Source of the DNA: Podarcis vaucheri
Lineage: Eukaryota
Reading direction: 5' to 3' (one strand)
Length of the DNA: 64,000 bases
NCBI GenBank assembly: GCA_965113315.1
Contig: OZ220376.1
Notes under the pieces: generated by a model
Told to the model about the DNA's origin: nothing
The model's database searches: none
What the model saw: only the letters and a program-made list of their open reading frames with translations
Position numbers and translations under genes: made by a program
Part shown: one piece after another, positions 1 to 12,154 of the stretch
How positions within the stretch are numbered: the first letter of the stretch is position 1
Layout: each line of letters opens with the position of its first letter

Positions 1-196
1 AAGGAGAAGCAAAGCATTCACAATCTCCTCTCTGGGAGTGTACACATTTTCAAGTGCAAAGGAAGGCATGGTTTGGCTTAGTGTTATGTACAAACCAGGC
101 CTATATGTAACATAAAAGAAACAGCTTTTGTCTTGAGATAAACGTCAGGCATGCTAAATGTCTGAAATTACTGGAAATCACATTGTTGACACCCAC

Positions 197-346
197 CTGT
201 ATGACCACAGCTGCCTGCTTCAAATTCAGGAACTGCCTCCTGTAGAGCATAGTACGGAACCAGCTCTGCAACAGAGTGATCCTTCGCAACACCTCCTCAT
301 GCAGCAGGCCCTGGAGAAGCTGACGTCCCTGCTCTTTCATGAAAAC
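197..346 (-). CDS. MYO9A: MYO9A exon 23 (150 nt), end of converter and first IQ motif
   Basis: tag|[50 protein letters not shown]|gtgggt. Confidence 0.96.
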
Positions 347-939
347 CTAACAATGTGGAGAGCAATAATAAATGCATATTTATTAATGAACAAATTACTG
401 TCAGTTCCCCACCATGCAGCTATAAAGATTTCTGCAAAATAATTGCAATGGTGTAAGTAACAAAACAAAGGATGAACCTGTTCTGCCCACCAATCTCGGC
501 ACTCACAAGGGAAAAAGAGCCTGAATATTCATTCAGGGACACAACGGGCTGAACATATGGAATCTTATGAACTTCTTTGTTGGGTTTTACATCAAGTCTG
601 CAGCCTGAATACTTAAAAAAATAATAATGAAGGGGATGAGGGAATCCCCACAAACTTAAAGAATTTATTTTATTTTTTATTTATGTTATTTTATTTTTTA
701 AGACACACAGTGAAGCAAATCCACAAAATGCATTTTAAATAAAATAAGGGTCACATTTACTTCAGAATCTTCCTCTCCCCACCTTCAGGAAGAAATTCCA
801 ACTGATGTTCAGGTACTTGAAAATGAACTGAAAGGTGAGTTGCCTCATCCTAGCGTCTGGGGTAACTTTGGTGTGGCAAAAAAAGTCTTGGGGAGTTGTA
901 ATTTTGAGTTCTACCAGACATTATCTTATTTACATGCAA

Positions 940-1300
940 CACTAAAATTGTGGCTACTGTGCTCCCCCCCTGCTCATTTTGCTGATGGACTGCACTGAGC
1001 TAAGCTATGTCACAGTTTGACTTAGTATGCTGTCCCAGTCTGGGTTCATGGTTTAGCTCTCCCCGACAAACCACAAGCTATAAACCATAAGACAAACCTT
1101 TGTTACAGTGTGTGGTTTGTCTGCAGAAAGCTAAGCTATGAGCTCAGGTCTGGACAACATGTTGAGCCAAACTAAAGCTTAGCTCAGAGAAGCAGCAAAA
1201 TGACTGGCAAGGAGCAAACAGCCCAAATCTCCTCTCTGGGAGCCCATACATTTGCTTGTTACTGATAAGCCGTGGTCTATGTTATCAATACATGCTAAAT
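940..1300. mobile_element. Degenerate palindromic repeat (old DNA-transposon-like family); related copies at 1-100 and about 45540-45900
   Basis: Imperfect inverted arms about 997-1185 (gagctaagct...gacaaaccaca / tgtggtttgtc...agcttagctc); the motif atctcctctc(t/c)gg recurs at 23, 1227 and 45773. Confidence 0.55.
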
Positions 1301-1426
1301 GGGTCACTGTATCCCTGAAAAACACCACTATGGCAGCAGGGTACACCCATAAATGATACTAGAAAGGGACAAGTGCATTTTAATATTGTGTCAGGGAGCA
1401 AAAGGGAAATGAGGCTTTGAACGTAC

Positions 1427-1549
1427 CATTGTTCGTCCCACTTGATAATTGTCAGGGTTGGTCTTTGTTTTCCTTAAGAATTCTTGGATATTCTCCTTGG
1501 ATGGTACCATGCTTCTTGGCAGGAGTACATGAAAATGATCCACAAACTC
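1427..1549 (-). CDS. MYO9A: MYO9A exon 22 (123 nt), converter
   Basis: cag|EFVDHFHVLLPRSMVPSKENIQEFLRKTKTNPDNYQVGRTM|gtacgt. Confidence 0.96.
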
Positions 1550-2163
1550 CTGAAAAATTAGGCATACCTCTGCATGTTACTTAACACAGTTTGTCATTTT
1601 ACTCTGAAAGTTCATTGAAGTCAACTCTGTATCTATGGAAATTCAGGCTGCCTTAGTAGATGAGATGAGAAACAGGGATCATTCCACCAGCTCTGCTGAG
1701 AGACTAGCTTCTGCCCTGAGCTGTTTCTATGTTGGCTGAGCATTACAAGAACTACTATTTAGGAACTGGTGCCTGAGTTTGCTTTTCCCCTCTTCCTTCT
1801 GTGTCCCCTTTCTCTGGTGTGTCATGCTTTTTTAGATCATAAGCCTGAAGGGACTGCTTTGTTTTAACTGATTGTATGCAAGCAGCTCTGGGAGGTTTTT
1901 CAGCTGACAAGTGGAGTACAAATGTTCTAAATGCATAATCAGTATATAAACATAGCAATCCTGAAAAGGGCTGTCATTGTGGATACTGAAAAGTAACAGT
2001 TTTAATTGTCTATTATATTCAAAGTTCTCTAGTTTACACAACTGAGCTAATCAGAAAGGCATGAAATCTTTTTTTGGGGGGGCAGGGAGCAATATTAAGC
2101 TCTCCCCATGCACATCACTCTGGTGGGTGTATGAAAAATGTGACACCGGGATGCAAAAATCTA

Positions 2164-3138
2164 CAGTGGTACCTCGCAAGACGAACGCCTCGCAAGACGG
2201 AAAACCCGCTAGACGAAAGGGTTTTTCCGTTTTGGAGGCGCTTCGCAAGACGAATTTCCCTATGGGCTTGCTTCGCAAGACGACAGCCCATAGGGAAATA
2301 TCCGGGACAGCAGGGAAGCGCAGCGCGTCTTCCCCACTGTCCTCGGACCTCCTCCGAAGCCAGGCGGCAGGGCGGGAACACCTGCCCCCACCGCCCGGCT
2401 TCCGAACGCTGCTCCGAAGCCGGGCGGCGGGGGCGGGAACACCTGCCCCCACCGCCCGGGTTCCGAGCGCTGCTCCGAAGCCGGGCGGGGGGGTGGGAAC
2501 ACCTGCCCCCACCGCCCGGCTTCCGAACGCTGCTCCGAAGCCGGGCGGGGGGGTGGGAACACCTGCCCCCACCGCCCGGCTTTCGAACGCTGCTCCGAAG
2601 CCGGGCGGGGGGGCGGGAACACCTGCCCCCACCGCCCGGCTTCCGAACGATGCTCCGAAGCCGGGCGGGGGGGGCGGGAACACCTGCCCCCACCGCCCGG
2701 CTTCCGAACGATGCTCCGAAGCCGGGCGGGGGGGGCGGGAACACCTGCCCCCGCCAACCGGCTTCAGAACGCTGCTCCGAAGCCGGGTGGGGGGGCGGGA
2801 ACACCTTCTGAAGGCGGGCGGGGGGCGAAAGTCTTTGTCCCCCCTGCCTGCCTTCCCAGGGGCTTTTAAATCGCCCCAGACAGCGGAGAAGTCCTCCGCT
2901 GTCCCGGGGTTTTTTAAAATGCTGGGGGTGGGAAGAAAAGCCCTTGTCCCCCCCCCCAGCCTTCAGAAGAGGTCCGGGGACAGATTGTCCCCGGACCTGG
3001 TCTGAAGGCGGTTTCCCTAGGAACGCATTAATTGATTTTCAATGCATTCCTATGGGAAACTGTGCATCGCAAGACGAAAAACTCGCAAGACAAAGAGACT
3101 TGCGGAACGAATTAATTTCGTCTTGCGAGGCACCACTG
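2164..3138. mobile_element. Non-autonomous Tc1/mariner-superfamily element (family A) with internal minisatellite
   Basis: TA|CAGTGGTACCTCGCAAGACGAA ... TTCGTCTTGCGAGGCACCACTG|TA. Confidence 0.9.
2352..2805. repeat. GC-rich 60-61 bp minisatellite, 7 full units plus a partial unit, each unit a hairpin
   Basis: Unit CTCCGAAGCCGGGCGGGGGGG(C/T)GGGAACACCTGCCCCCACCGCCCGGCTTCCGAACGCTG starts at 2352, 2412, 2473, 2533, 2593, 2653, 2714 and 2775. Confidence 0.95.
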
Positions 3139-4106
3139 TACATAGTCTTTCCAAGGAAGTTTCATCACCAGTTCATGATCACTGATCTCTGCAGCAAAAG
3201 ACCCACAAAAACACCAATTCATGGATTTTTTGAAACCAAAATTTCATTCAAAACATTCCTCTATGTAGCAGAACCATTAGGAGAATTTGCCCTTAATGGA
3301 GTAACATTTGTACATGGGTTGGGATTAGATGATTATCCAATAACTAATTCTCTTCCACTAGGAAGAAAGTTAAGTAAGACTATGGAGGGTTTTATTAAAA
3401 CAGATCATTTCAAGAAATGTAACTTGGAGTAAACCAGTACTTCAGCTTTGGGTGTCCGACAAAGTATATAACAAAAAATGTTTACAAAAACAATGAGCAA
3501 AACATATTATAGTTGACACATCTGTCTAATCACAGCCAATTTGTAGCTTTAGAAAAACTACATGGAAAATAAAGCTAAAGATTTATTAAAATCAGAAGAC
3601 TAACTTTTCAAATCATATGCTTTCAAAGCACAATAGAGGCTATCACTCTGAATAACTCACTCCAAGTAGCTCAATGCACAAGACTAGTGTAGCAAGAATA
3701 TGGTTGACCTTTCCTTTAATTAACATGCTGATTTGGAAATGTGTTTTGTAAAAGTATAATAATTCACAAATATGTTTTACACAAATATCACTATTTCCTG
3801 CACAATGTTTCTACAGCATCCCATGGCCCCTCCTTTCCTTCACTGATTTTCTATTTACTTCTCAGCCCTTGCCAAATAGCAGCTGAAGCTCACAATGAAC
3901 ATCCCCAGCCACAACTCTGCATGCTTGCAAGCGCTAATTTGACATGGCTATTTGTTCTGCCAGTTGCATCATTTTCAGCTGCAGAAATAATACTTTCCAT
4001 ACACTTATGCGTTCACCTACATTTAAATCAAGGAATTGCCCAACTGACCATAGTGCCTTGGAGCCCGCTTCACCAATACTTTTTGGGGAGATTTAAATAA
4101 TCTAAC

Positions 4107-4217
4107 CTTGAAGGTGTATTTGGAACTATATCCTGACTGTCGTATGCGCACTGTCTCTCGCATCCCTGTGTACCGCAGCTGTCTAAGCACCTGGTTGTCG
4201 CTGAACCTCAGGGGAAG
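4107..4217 (-). CDS. MYO9A: MYO9A exon 21 (111 nt), SH2/SH1 helix region
   Basis: cag|[37 protein letters not shown]|gttaga. Confidence 0.97.
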
Positions 4218-4777
4218 CTGAAAAAACAAAACATACAAGGGCCAAACAGTTACACATTGACTGCAAGTTCATCCAGGTAAGCAAGTTTCCATGGATGACT
4301 TTGTTGGCTACCAGGGCTCACCAGTCCTTTGCTGACGGCTGCCCTTTAAATAGATCCCAGTCTACACCACCAGCATCAACCAGGCAATGGCCTCTAAGGA
4401 GGCTCCACTTGGGAAAAGGAAGGGTGGATCACTCTCAGTCATGGTCCTGATGGAAGGGAAGGAGCCCAGCTGCTGTACCTCAGGCAGAACAAAGGATATG
4501 GGGACAGGGAGGATGTAAAAAGCCGAAGAGAGTAGGAAAAAGGGGAGAAGCCCAGTGGAGACAGAGAACAGTCCGGGCACCTAAATAAGGCTCTTACACA
4601 GATACTGGGGCAACTTGGTCCTTGGTCAAAGGCCTTCTTCAGGGTATCCCCCAAGCCCCAGAGAATGCAGTTAGATAGGAAATATCAGCAGTCTGTTTAT
4701 CTAGTCCCCAATCCCTGGGGAGGCATAAGAATCCTAGATTTCAGCCTGCCAAGGCTAATGGTATGGAGAGGTATATT

Positions 4778-4918
4778 CAGTGCTTATTTTTTAAAGGGGG
4801 GGGGAGGTACTCAATGGTATGCAGTACCGGCACCTCTTTTGTTATTAAAAAGTGTGGCACTTACTCTAACAACTTCATGGTGAGTACCGGCACCTATTTC
4901 TCTAGAAAAAAAGCACTG
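4778..4918. mobile_element. Short MITE, probably hAT, same TIR as 31717-31777
   Basis: CAGTGCTTATTTTTT ... AAAAAAAGCACTG; internal repeat agtaccggcacct twice; no clear TSD. Confidence 0.65.
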
Positions 4919-5423
4919 TCTTCTTTGGCATGAGTCCCCGAGATGAAAATTTTTCACAGCCCTCTAGCTGCTATGGTGGCTCATTTACCAGATGTAATGT
5001 ATTTAGTGTATGGACTTTGCAAGGCTTGGTTTGGTCAGAATTGAGTATACACTTCCAGAGTTAACACTAAATACATTACTTCTGGAAAATGAGTCACCAT
5101 AGCCACTAGAAGGCTGTGAAAATCTGTCTCCTGAGTTTTCAGACTGGTCTACCCAGGTACTATTTGAAACTATATGGGCACAGCTCACCTACCCTACTGC
5201 TAGCTGAATCCTTGCTCCTGATGTATAGTAGGATGGTACTGAGGATTATTGCTATGTTGATCTGAAAGATCAAAAGGGCATGGCACCCCTTTACATTTAT
5301 TTATTTTTTTATTCAGATTTGTCATAGCCAATGGCTAGTATAATCAAGTTATTTGGATTGGCTGTAACAGTCCAGCAAAACTGATTTTCATTGTGGATTA
5401 CTTGGGATTGGAGAGGCATTTAC

Positions 5424-5504
5424 CTTGTCAGCATTGGAGCGAATGCACTTGACAAAATAGGGTTCTGCTTGCCCAAGGGTCTCCATCAGTTTGGTAAGCG
5501 ATGC
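5424..5504 (-). CDS. MYO9A: MYO9A exon 20 (81 nt)
   Basis: tag|[27 protein letters not shown]|gtaaat. Confidence 0.97.
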
Positions 5505-6014
5505 CTAAAGTGGAAAATAAAATTATGGAGTTGGCTTCTGCAACAATTATTTTGGTAAGAAAATAACATGTTGCCAAACCTCTCCTTATGCTATTTTTAA
5601 ACTGTAATTTAACACACATATGAAATAGAAATTGTGATAATATTGCTTCTTATTGTAGACATTCAAAGACATGAAAATGGCTTTCCTATACAATGCATAA
5701 TAATGGCATTAAGTACATATAGGTAAATCTTCAAAAGCACGTCACTGGATCAGAACAATAGCATACATGTCCCTCAGCAGTTCTCCTTCTGGAATGCTGC
5801 ATATTTTATTCAAAATTCAGCTTCATTTATCTGCTTAAGAGACAAGGTGTTCAGCTTACCTATAGGCCTGGACCGGAGGCTCCAGCTTGTGGAAATTCTG
5901 CGGTTAGACTGTTGATGGGGACAGACTATCACCAGGGACAGTTTCAGAAAACAGCTCTGGATGAGCATACCTGAACCACTTGGCTTTTGAATTAAAGGGT
6001 GCCAAAGGGCACTA

Positions 6015-6255
6015 TAATGTTAAATAATGCTATTTAACATCTACATGAAGCCATTTGGGAGCAAAGTGCCATTGGTATGCTGATGATAGCCAACTCTATT
6101 TTTCTGTAATGTCTGACTTGGAAATGCTGAGAAGGCCCTGGACTAGTGTCAGTTAGATAATTTTTGGACTTATTGTATTGTGTCTAGTGTACACTGCTTA
6201 TAGACTATTGTGATTAAGCACTAAAATAAATAAATAAATAAATAAATAATAAAGG
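6015..6255 (+). mobile_element. Degraded L2-like LINE fragments ending in (AAAT)n
   Basis: cattggtatgctgatgatagccaactctat reads HWYADDSQLY (RT catalytic motif); (TAAA)n at about 6226-6253. Confidence 0.55.
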
Positions 6256-7080
6256 CTTTTAATTAAAGAAGGTTAGAAAACTACTTAAAGCTATTTAGAG
6301 AGCATAGTACTGCTGAAATTAAAAGAGCTTTGGCAGAAATTATATGGGTAATTACTATACTGTTCAAAAATTTCAAACTGACATACAATTTATGTCCCGA
6401 ACTTTATTAAGGACTCATATGGGCATCTGTGGAGTTAGCAGTCACAGCCTATGCAAAGCATAAAGTCATATAATCATATCAGTTTGACTTACTGTATATC
6501 ACATCTGACAATCAGTCTAGCCTGGTATTGTCTACACTGACTGGCAGAAACTTTTCAGGATCTGAATCAGAGTTCTATTTCCCAGTTGAGCTACCTCTGA
6601 CTTTTTTTAAAAAAATATGGAGGTAATAGGAGTGAAGCCGATACATGATGCACACAACGCATATGTTCTACTACTGTGTTATGGTAGCTATGACCCCAAA
6701 GGGCTGATTGATGTCTAAGGGATTTTAAAGAAGATCTAAGCCATACATAAATGGCTTGGCTTGCAACAATCTTTTCTTTAATGCGAGTCAGTTACTGAGT
6801 TGACTTACATAAGGCTGGAAATGCCCAGAGGGAACTAGAGAATTTACTAGTTGGCCAAAAGAAAGAAAAAAAGACTGTGATGTAAAAATGAATGGGACAA
6901 CCAGGGATAATAAAGAAAATGGGATCTGCAACCAATTGTTGTTCTTGTTGTTTTTTCCTAAAATGAAGAGTAGGCGGCATTCCAGTCCATCTAGTATCCC
7001 TATTTTATTTCCATTGGAAATAGATATTCCACATGGTTTTCCTTAAGTTAAACTTCATGAAATTAACAATGGTAAGTTAC

Positions 7081-7203
7081 CTGGAACTGGGCACTGATGC
7101 TTGGAGGCTTCTTCTTCTTGTGAAGGTGGAGAAGAGACTTTGTGATACGGTCATGGAGAGTTAGGTTCGTCAAGTGCTTGAGCGATTTCACTTCAAGCAA
7201 GTG
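7081..7203 (-). CDS. MYO9A: MYO9A exon 19 (123 nt)
   Basis: tag|[41 protein letters not shown]|gtaact. Confidence 0.97.
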
Positions 7204-7372
7204 CTAAGAAACACAAAGATTATAACTTTGGTTATGAGAAATTTGAAGCAACATAAGCACAAATCTTTGCAAGAAACCAACAGTGGAGCATGGAACCCAC
7301 AGGTCTCTGCCCCACCCTCCCCCTGCTGAAATTAGGCTTCCACTGTAGTCAATACAGTGATTACAGTGATTA

Positions 7373-7513
7373 CTCCTTCTTTGGAGGTCTTTAAGCAGAG
7401 GATTGACAACCATATGTCAGGAGTGCTCTGATGGCGTTTCCTGCTTGGCAGGGGGTTGGACTCGATGGCCCTTGTGGTCTCTTCCAACTCTATGATTCTA
7501 TGATTCTATGATT
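7373..7513 (+). mobile_element. 5'-truncated CR1 LINE 3' end
   Basis: gggggttggactcgatggccc...ttccaactc followed by a (TATGATTC)n tail; near-identical to 9171-9309. Confidence 0.85.
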
Positions 7514-7865
7514 CAATAGAAGGCTTTTTTCAAGCCCAATTGCAGTTTGGAAGTGCAAAGTTTACTTTTGGGAGTCTCAACTATCAAGGAAAGAATAAAT
7601 CTCTACCCTCCAGCTGGAAGCCTCTGAAATTGTTCCTCTTCAAAGTCTAATTGTTGCTGGGGGGCGGCAGTGATCTTCCTGGGGATTATAGCTGGAGAAG
7701 GGCCCATGCAATCCCAGTTGAAATCACCAGGAAAGTAATCCACTGCCTCCACCCTCCCACTCCACTTGAAAAAAGTAAAACCCCTTTTTCAAAACCTAAC
7801 AGTCTCTGTGGTTGTGGTGCTCACAGCAGTTTATCTGGTTTGCAAATGTGCCCATCACATCCATA

Positions 7866-8106
7866 CAGTGGTACCTCGAGTTACAAATGTCTCTGGTTAT
7901 AAACGCTTCAGGTTACAAACTCCGCTAACCTAGAAGAGTTACCTCGAGTTGAGAACTTTGCCCCGGGATGAGAATGGAAATTGTGTGCCAGCGGCACAGC
8001 AGCAGCAAGAGGCCCCATTAGTGAAAGCACGCCTCTAGTTAAGAACAGTTTCAGGTTAAGAGTGAACCTCCAGAACGAATTAAGTTCATAACTAGAGGTA
8101 CCACTG
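7866..8106. mobile_element. Tc1/mariner MITE (family B)
   Basis: TA|CAGTGGTACCTCGAGTTA ... TAACTAGAGGTACCACTG|TA. Confidence 0.9.
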
Positions 8107-8271
8107 TACATCAATTGTATACATGGTGAAAACCACACTATGAGTTCATGGGCAGTGTACACTTTCTGTATGCTTATGAAAAAGGAATAGCCTTGTAAAA
8201 AACAGCATCATTTGTGAAATTAATCTAGTTTAAATATGTTAGCTCAGGTTCTCTAGCTCTAGTACTCTCAC

Positions 8272-8311
8272 CTTTGGAAGGTTAGGCTTGGCTTTGACGT
8301 TCTTGTTTCGC
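8272..8311 (-). CDS. MYO9A: MYO9A exon 18 (40 nt)
   Basis: tag|RNKNVKAKPNLPK|gtgaga; phase 2 to 0 restores the frame. Confidence 0.93.
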
Positions 8312-8507
8312 CTAGGAAGAAGCAACAAAGATCCATATTAAAGCAGCAGGGACATGTTAATGCTAATTTGTAAGCTTTCATGAGAAAAACATTTGCTTCT
8401 GGTGTAATGGCAAAGCATGTACTAGTGCAGTGTCAACAAATCTATAGTGAGTGCTGGTTTTATGTGGTCCCTCGCACTCTTGCTTGTGGAAGTGCGTGCA
8501 TCTGTTT

Positions 8508-8634
8508 CAGGCATAGCAAACTCCAGATGTTTGGGACTACAATTCCCATCATCCCTGACCACTGGTCCTGTTAGCTAAGGATTATGGGAATTGTAGTCCC
8601 AAACATCTGGAGGGCTGGAGTTTGCATATGCCTG
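8508..8634. mobile_element. Hairpin hAT MITE
   Basis: CAGGCATAGCAAACTCC ... GGAGTTTGCATATGCCTG; internal gggactacaattcccat / atgggaattgtagtccc; 8-bp flanks atctgttt / ctctattt. Confidence 0.8.
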
Positions 8635-9117
8635 CTCTATTTGAAGAGACACTGAACTGAAAATACAAGTTTCACACATCTTTTTTTCAAACCCACTCAA
8701 CTCCTAGTGACAAGCTTCTTTAGAACTGCAGACATTCTTTGACAATTAATTCAGATACCGTATTCTTCCAGCTGCATCTTTGAAGGGGTATTTGGAAATT
8801 ATAAAAGAGAATATAATTGATGTGATTACAATACTTTCACAAGTACCTAAAAGGAGATTTGTGTAACACAGGAACCCCTTTTAATTTATTAAATGTTTAT
8901 AATAAAAACTGTGGCTCTACTGATCAGAGTCTCTGGTCAACTCCCAAGACCAGAAGAGAGTAATGGAGGCCTAGAACTGTTCAAAGGTTGCTTCCATGTA
9001 TTTTAAAGTGTCCCAGTTCTGCAGTCTGCCTCATCATCCAGATTTAAGATACACTTTTGAGGATTTTTGAATTGTAAATCTGTGTGCCTTGGGTGATGAA
9101 TGCTGAAGGGTAATAGA

Positions 9118-9309
9118 GACAGTAAGAGCTGTTCGACAGTGGAATTTGCTGCCAAGGAGTGTGGTGGAGTCTCCTTCTTTGGAGGTCTTTAAGCAGAGGC
9201 TTGACAACCATATGTCAGGAGTGCTCTGATGGTGTTTCCTGCTTGGCAGGGGGTTGGACTCGATGGCCCTTGTGGTCTCTTCCAACTCTATGATTCTATG
9301 ATTCTATGA
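9118..9309 (+). mobile_element. 5'-truncated CR1 LINE 3' end
   Basis: End of ORF2 plus 3' UTR and (TATGATTC)n tail. Confidence 0.88.
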
Positions 9310-9394
9310 CCTCTCTTACCCCAACTTGTCCCATGTTTGTTGCTATCCCTAGAGATCAATTTATCTTTGTACCAAAGAACAAATATGAACTAAC

Positions 9395-9538
9395 ATGAGG
9401 ATGCCATGGGCTCTCTCCAAGAGTTTGCTGTTAGTTGAATTCACAAATATCCCATCTTTGTCGAGGAAACTGCTTTGGCTGGAGAGTCTGCTCTGTCGCA
9501 CGCCCATCTTGCTGTTCCAACCAACTCCATACATATCA
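9395..9538 (-). CDS. MYO9A: MYO9A exon 17 (144 nt)
   Basis: cag|DMYGVGWNSKMGVRQSRLSSQSSFLDKDGIFVNSTNSKLLERAHGIL(M)|gttagt. Confidence 0.95.
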
Positions 9539-9694
9539 CTGCAATGTGGGAAACAAATACACTTTATTGCTAAAATTTCACAAAGAATATACCAGGTATT
9601 TATTTTTTTTGTAAAAAGGTAACTTTCCAAAGTCACAATTTCATATGTAAAGCTCTTGCTCTAGCAGTCTCACTTATCACACAATCTGACTTAC

Positions 9695-9770
9695 CGCTGA
9701 CTTTTCTCATTGATAGTGTTAACTCCCTGCAGATCTGAAAGTGGTGTTCTGGGACGTTTGCGGGCAATAC
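9695..9770 (-). CDS. MYO9A: MYO9A exon 16 (76 nt)
   Basis: cag|IARKRPRTPLSDLQGVNTINEKSQ(R)|gtaagt. Confidence 0.95.
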
Positions 9771-12099
9771 CTGTGGCAGCATATCAACAAAAAAATTAAC
9801 ATTCTATTTAGCATTAGATAAATTCTCTGCACCGGTTTGGGAGGGGAAAAAAATCAGACTGCAACATGTGCTGAAAATGGTACATGCTGGGAACTGGGGG
9901 AGGTGGGAGGGAGAGAAGAACCATAAATGAGGAGCCATGGCTGGTAATAATGGTATATTTGACTTAAGCTCTTAAAATAAAGAAAAGATGTCCTAAATTC
10001 GTTTGCCACAAAATTTACTTGTAATCCTACATATAAAGCCATATGTTAAATATATTTTTTAAAAGATGCACATCTCTATATCCAAGAAACAACACAGAGA
10101 GGAAAGCTTTTATAGGAGGAAAATATTGCAACTAAGAGCCACACCTCCAATAAGATTATTATCTGTAAAAGGTATTTTCTGGTCAGCTGCTTTCTCCTTC
10201 TTATAAAAGTAGAACAATGCAGACCATATGAACACTACAAATTTGTGCAGAAGTAAGCCTCTGGATTCTATTAATAGCTTAACTGGAAATCTTTCTTATA
10301 TACTTATATACTTGCTTGGACAACCTCCAACCTGGTAGCAGAGCTACCAGAAACACAGTTCACTATTTTGGTCTGGGTATTTTCTTTTAAAAAGCCCAGA
10401 ATTATGGTTCAATACATTTTACTGAATAGAAGATACACTTCTTAGCTGTTCCATCTTAAAAGCTACTGCATCTATTGCAAAGCATACAATGCAGAATTTA
10501 ACACAAACATGGCTTGCCTTAAGTGAGTCTGAAAGCCTCATCTGTAATGCAAAACCATGGGGGTTCTAACCTGCATTACTAACCCTAGCATAGGTATTCA
10601 GGGATGGTGCAGCACAGTGGACAAGAAATGAATCAGGAAATTCTTGGTTCCAATTTCCCTCCTCCACCATGTCATAACAAATCAGATACAGAACTGACCT
10701 AATCTACAGGGTTTTCTAAGGATTAGCTGATAATGTATATTCAGCATTTAGAACACTCAGCATCCTCAAACTGGATTTATAAAGGGAGTCAACTGGCAGA
10801 TAAGATTGGTTTAACAATTTTGAAACCTTTGAACCCAATCATCTGGTATGGAATGACCCCAAATTTTAGGTAACTAGATTTGCAAAATAAATTTACTGGT
10901 TTGTTTCCCTTTGATATACCCTTGTGTAAGGGAAGTACAAAAAAAAAATATTATACACCCCACACAAACTTGGCTAGAAGTCAAGCCATGACTTATTGCT
11001 TTTAATAAGGCCACAAATAGCCTAATTAGCAAAATAAAAACCCACAAAAAACTGAGCAAATAATAACAACTCTTTCAGTCATAGTATACCCATAGGACAT
11101 GAAAAGATTACTGAAGAGATAAATAAATATTAATAAATTAAGGTGATTCAATAAGCTAAAGCTCTAGCTTCATGATGAGATTTGAAGGTGAGCAGTCTTA
11201 CTGTGTTTGGCAAGAATCACTCATGCAATGTAATCTTCTCTGAGCCTAGTCATTTTCAATACATTAAATTAGCATTTGTAAACTTTATTATTTCTTCCAT
11301 GACCACTGAATACCACTGAATTTTCTTAAGAGCTGCTAGTGAGGCCCTTTTGTCAACAACTATGCATGAATTGCATCATTCATGATTTAAGAGCAACGAG
11401 GGATAATATTTATTCAATTTATTAGCCACCTTATACAAAGCGTCTCTAGGTCACTTACATATACAAATTAAAATAACCATTAGGTTTTAACCATAAAATA
11501 CTGTCCCCCCCCCAAAAAAAAGCAATAAGCATGATTATTATACTCTCTCAAAAGCCTGGGAGGTGGTTAGTGCCAAGCAAGCAGGCATCCCTGGGAATAG
11601 CATCCCATAAATTAGAGGCCACAACTAAATATCCCCTCTCCCTTGCTGCCACCCTCTGATCCTCTCTCACATGATCTTCAAGTGAAGGGAGGCATTCCAT
11701 TTGGTATCAGGGTCCTGAGCTGTACAGGCTCTTTTATGTTAAAACCAGCACTTTTGAGCCAGACTCAGAAACACAAGCATATGTGCCAGAACCAGTGTCG
11801 TATGTGCAGACTGCTTCATAATATGCTACTGTAATGTTCTGAAAATAAGTAGTCCCCTGTGGGGGAAGAGAAGCATTCAACTCTATTAACAAAAAGCAAT
11901 AAATGCCATCCCCTAAGGATTTGTATCGCACCCACTGCTATGTAACTGATTCATAAGGACCTAAAGTCATGGAATAAGGAGTGAGGTCTGCAGAAGTTTG
12001 CAAATTGTTCAGGACAGAAGAATCCCAAGCAGACCACGGATGTATACCAAAAATAATTTGCAAAGTAAAAGTTATAGCAGTGTGACCTAACTACTACTT

Positions 12100-12154
12100 T
12101 TGTGTTTTTATATTGTAAACTGCCCCGTGATGCTTGGATGAAGGGTGGTATATA

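Noticed and set aside
2352-2805. Regularly spaced palindromic repeats resembling a CRISPR array
   Set aside because: No unique spacers (it is a pure tandem repeat), the context is a eukaryotic intron, and there are no cas genes
2051-3432. Six overlapping long ORFs (up to 314 aa) on both strands
   Set aside because: They arise from a stop-poor GC minisatellite inside a MITE; the peptides are repetitive and there is no transposase or splice support
11971-11997. 27-nt in-frame phase 1 segment (cttctgcag|...TTAG|gtcctt)
   Set aside because: The donor is very weak and there is no other support
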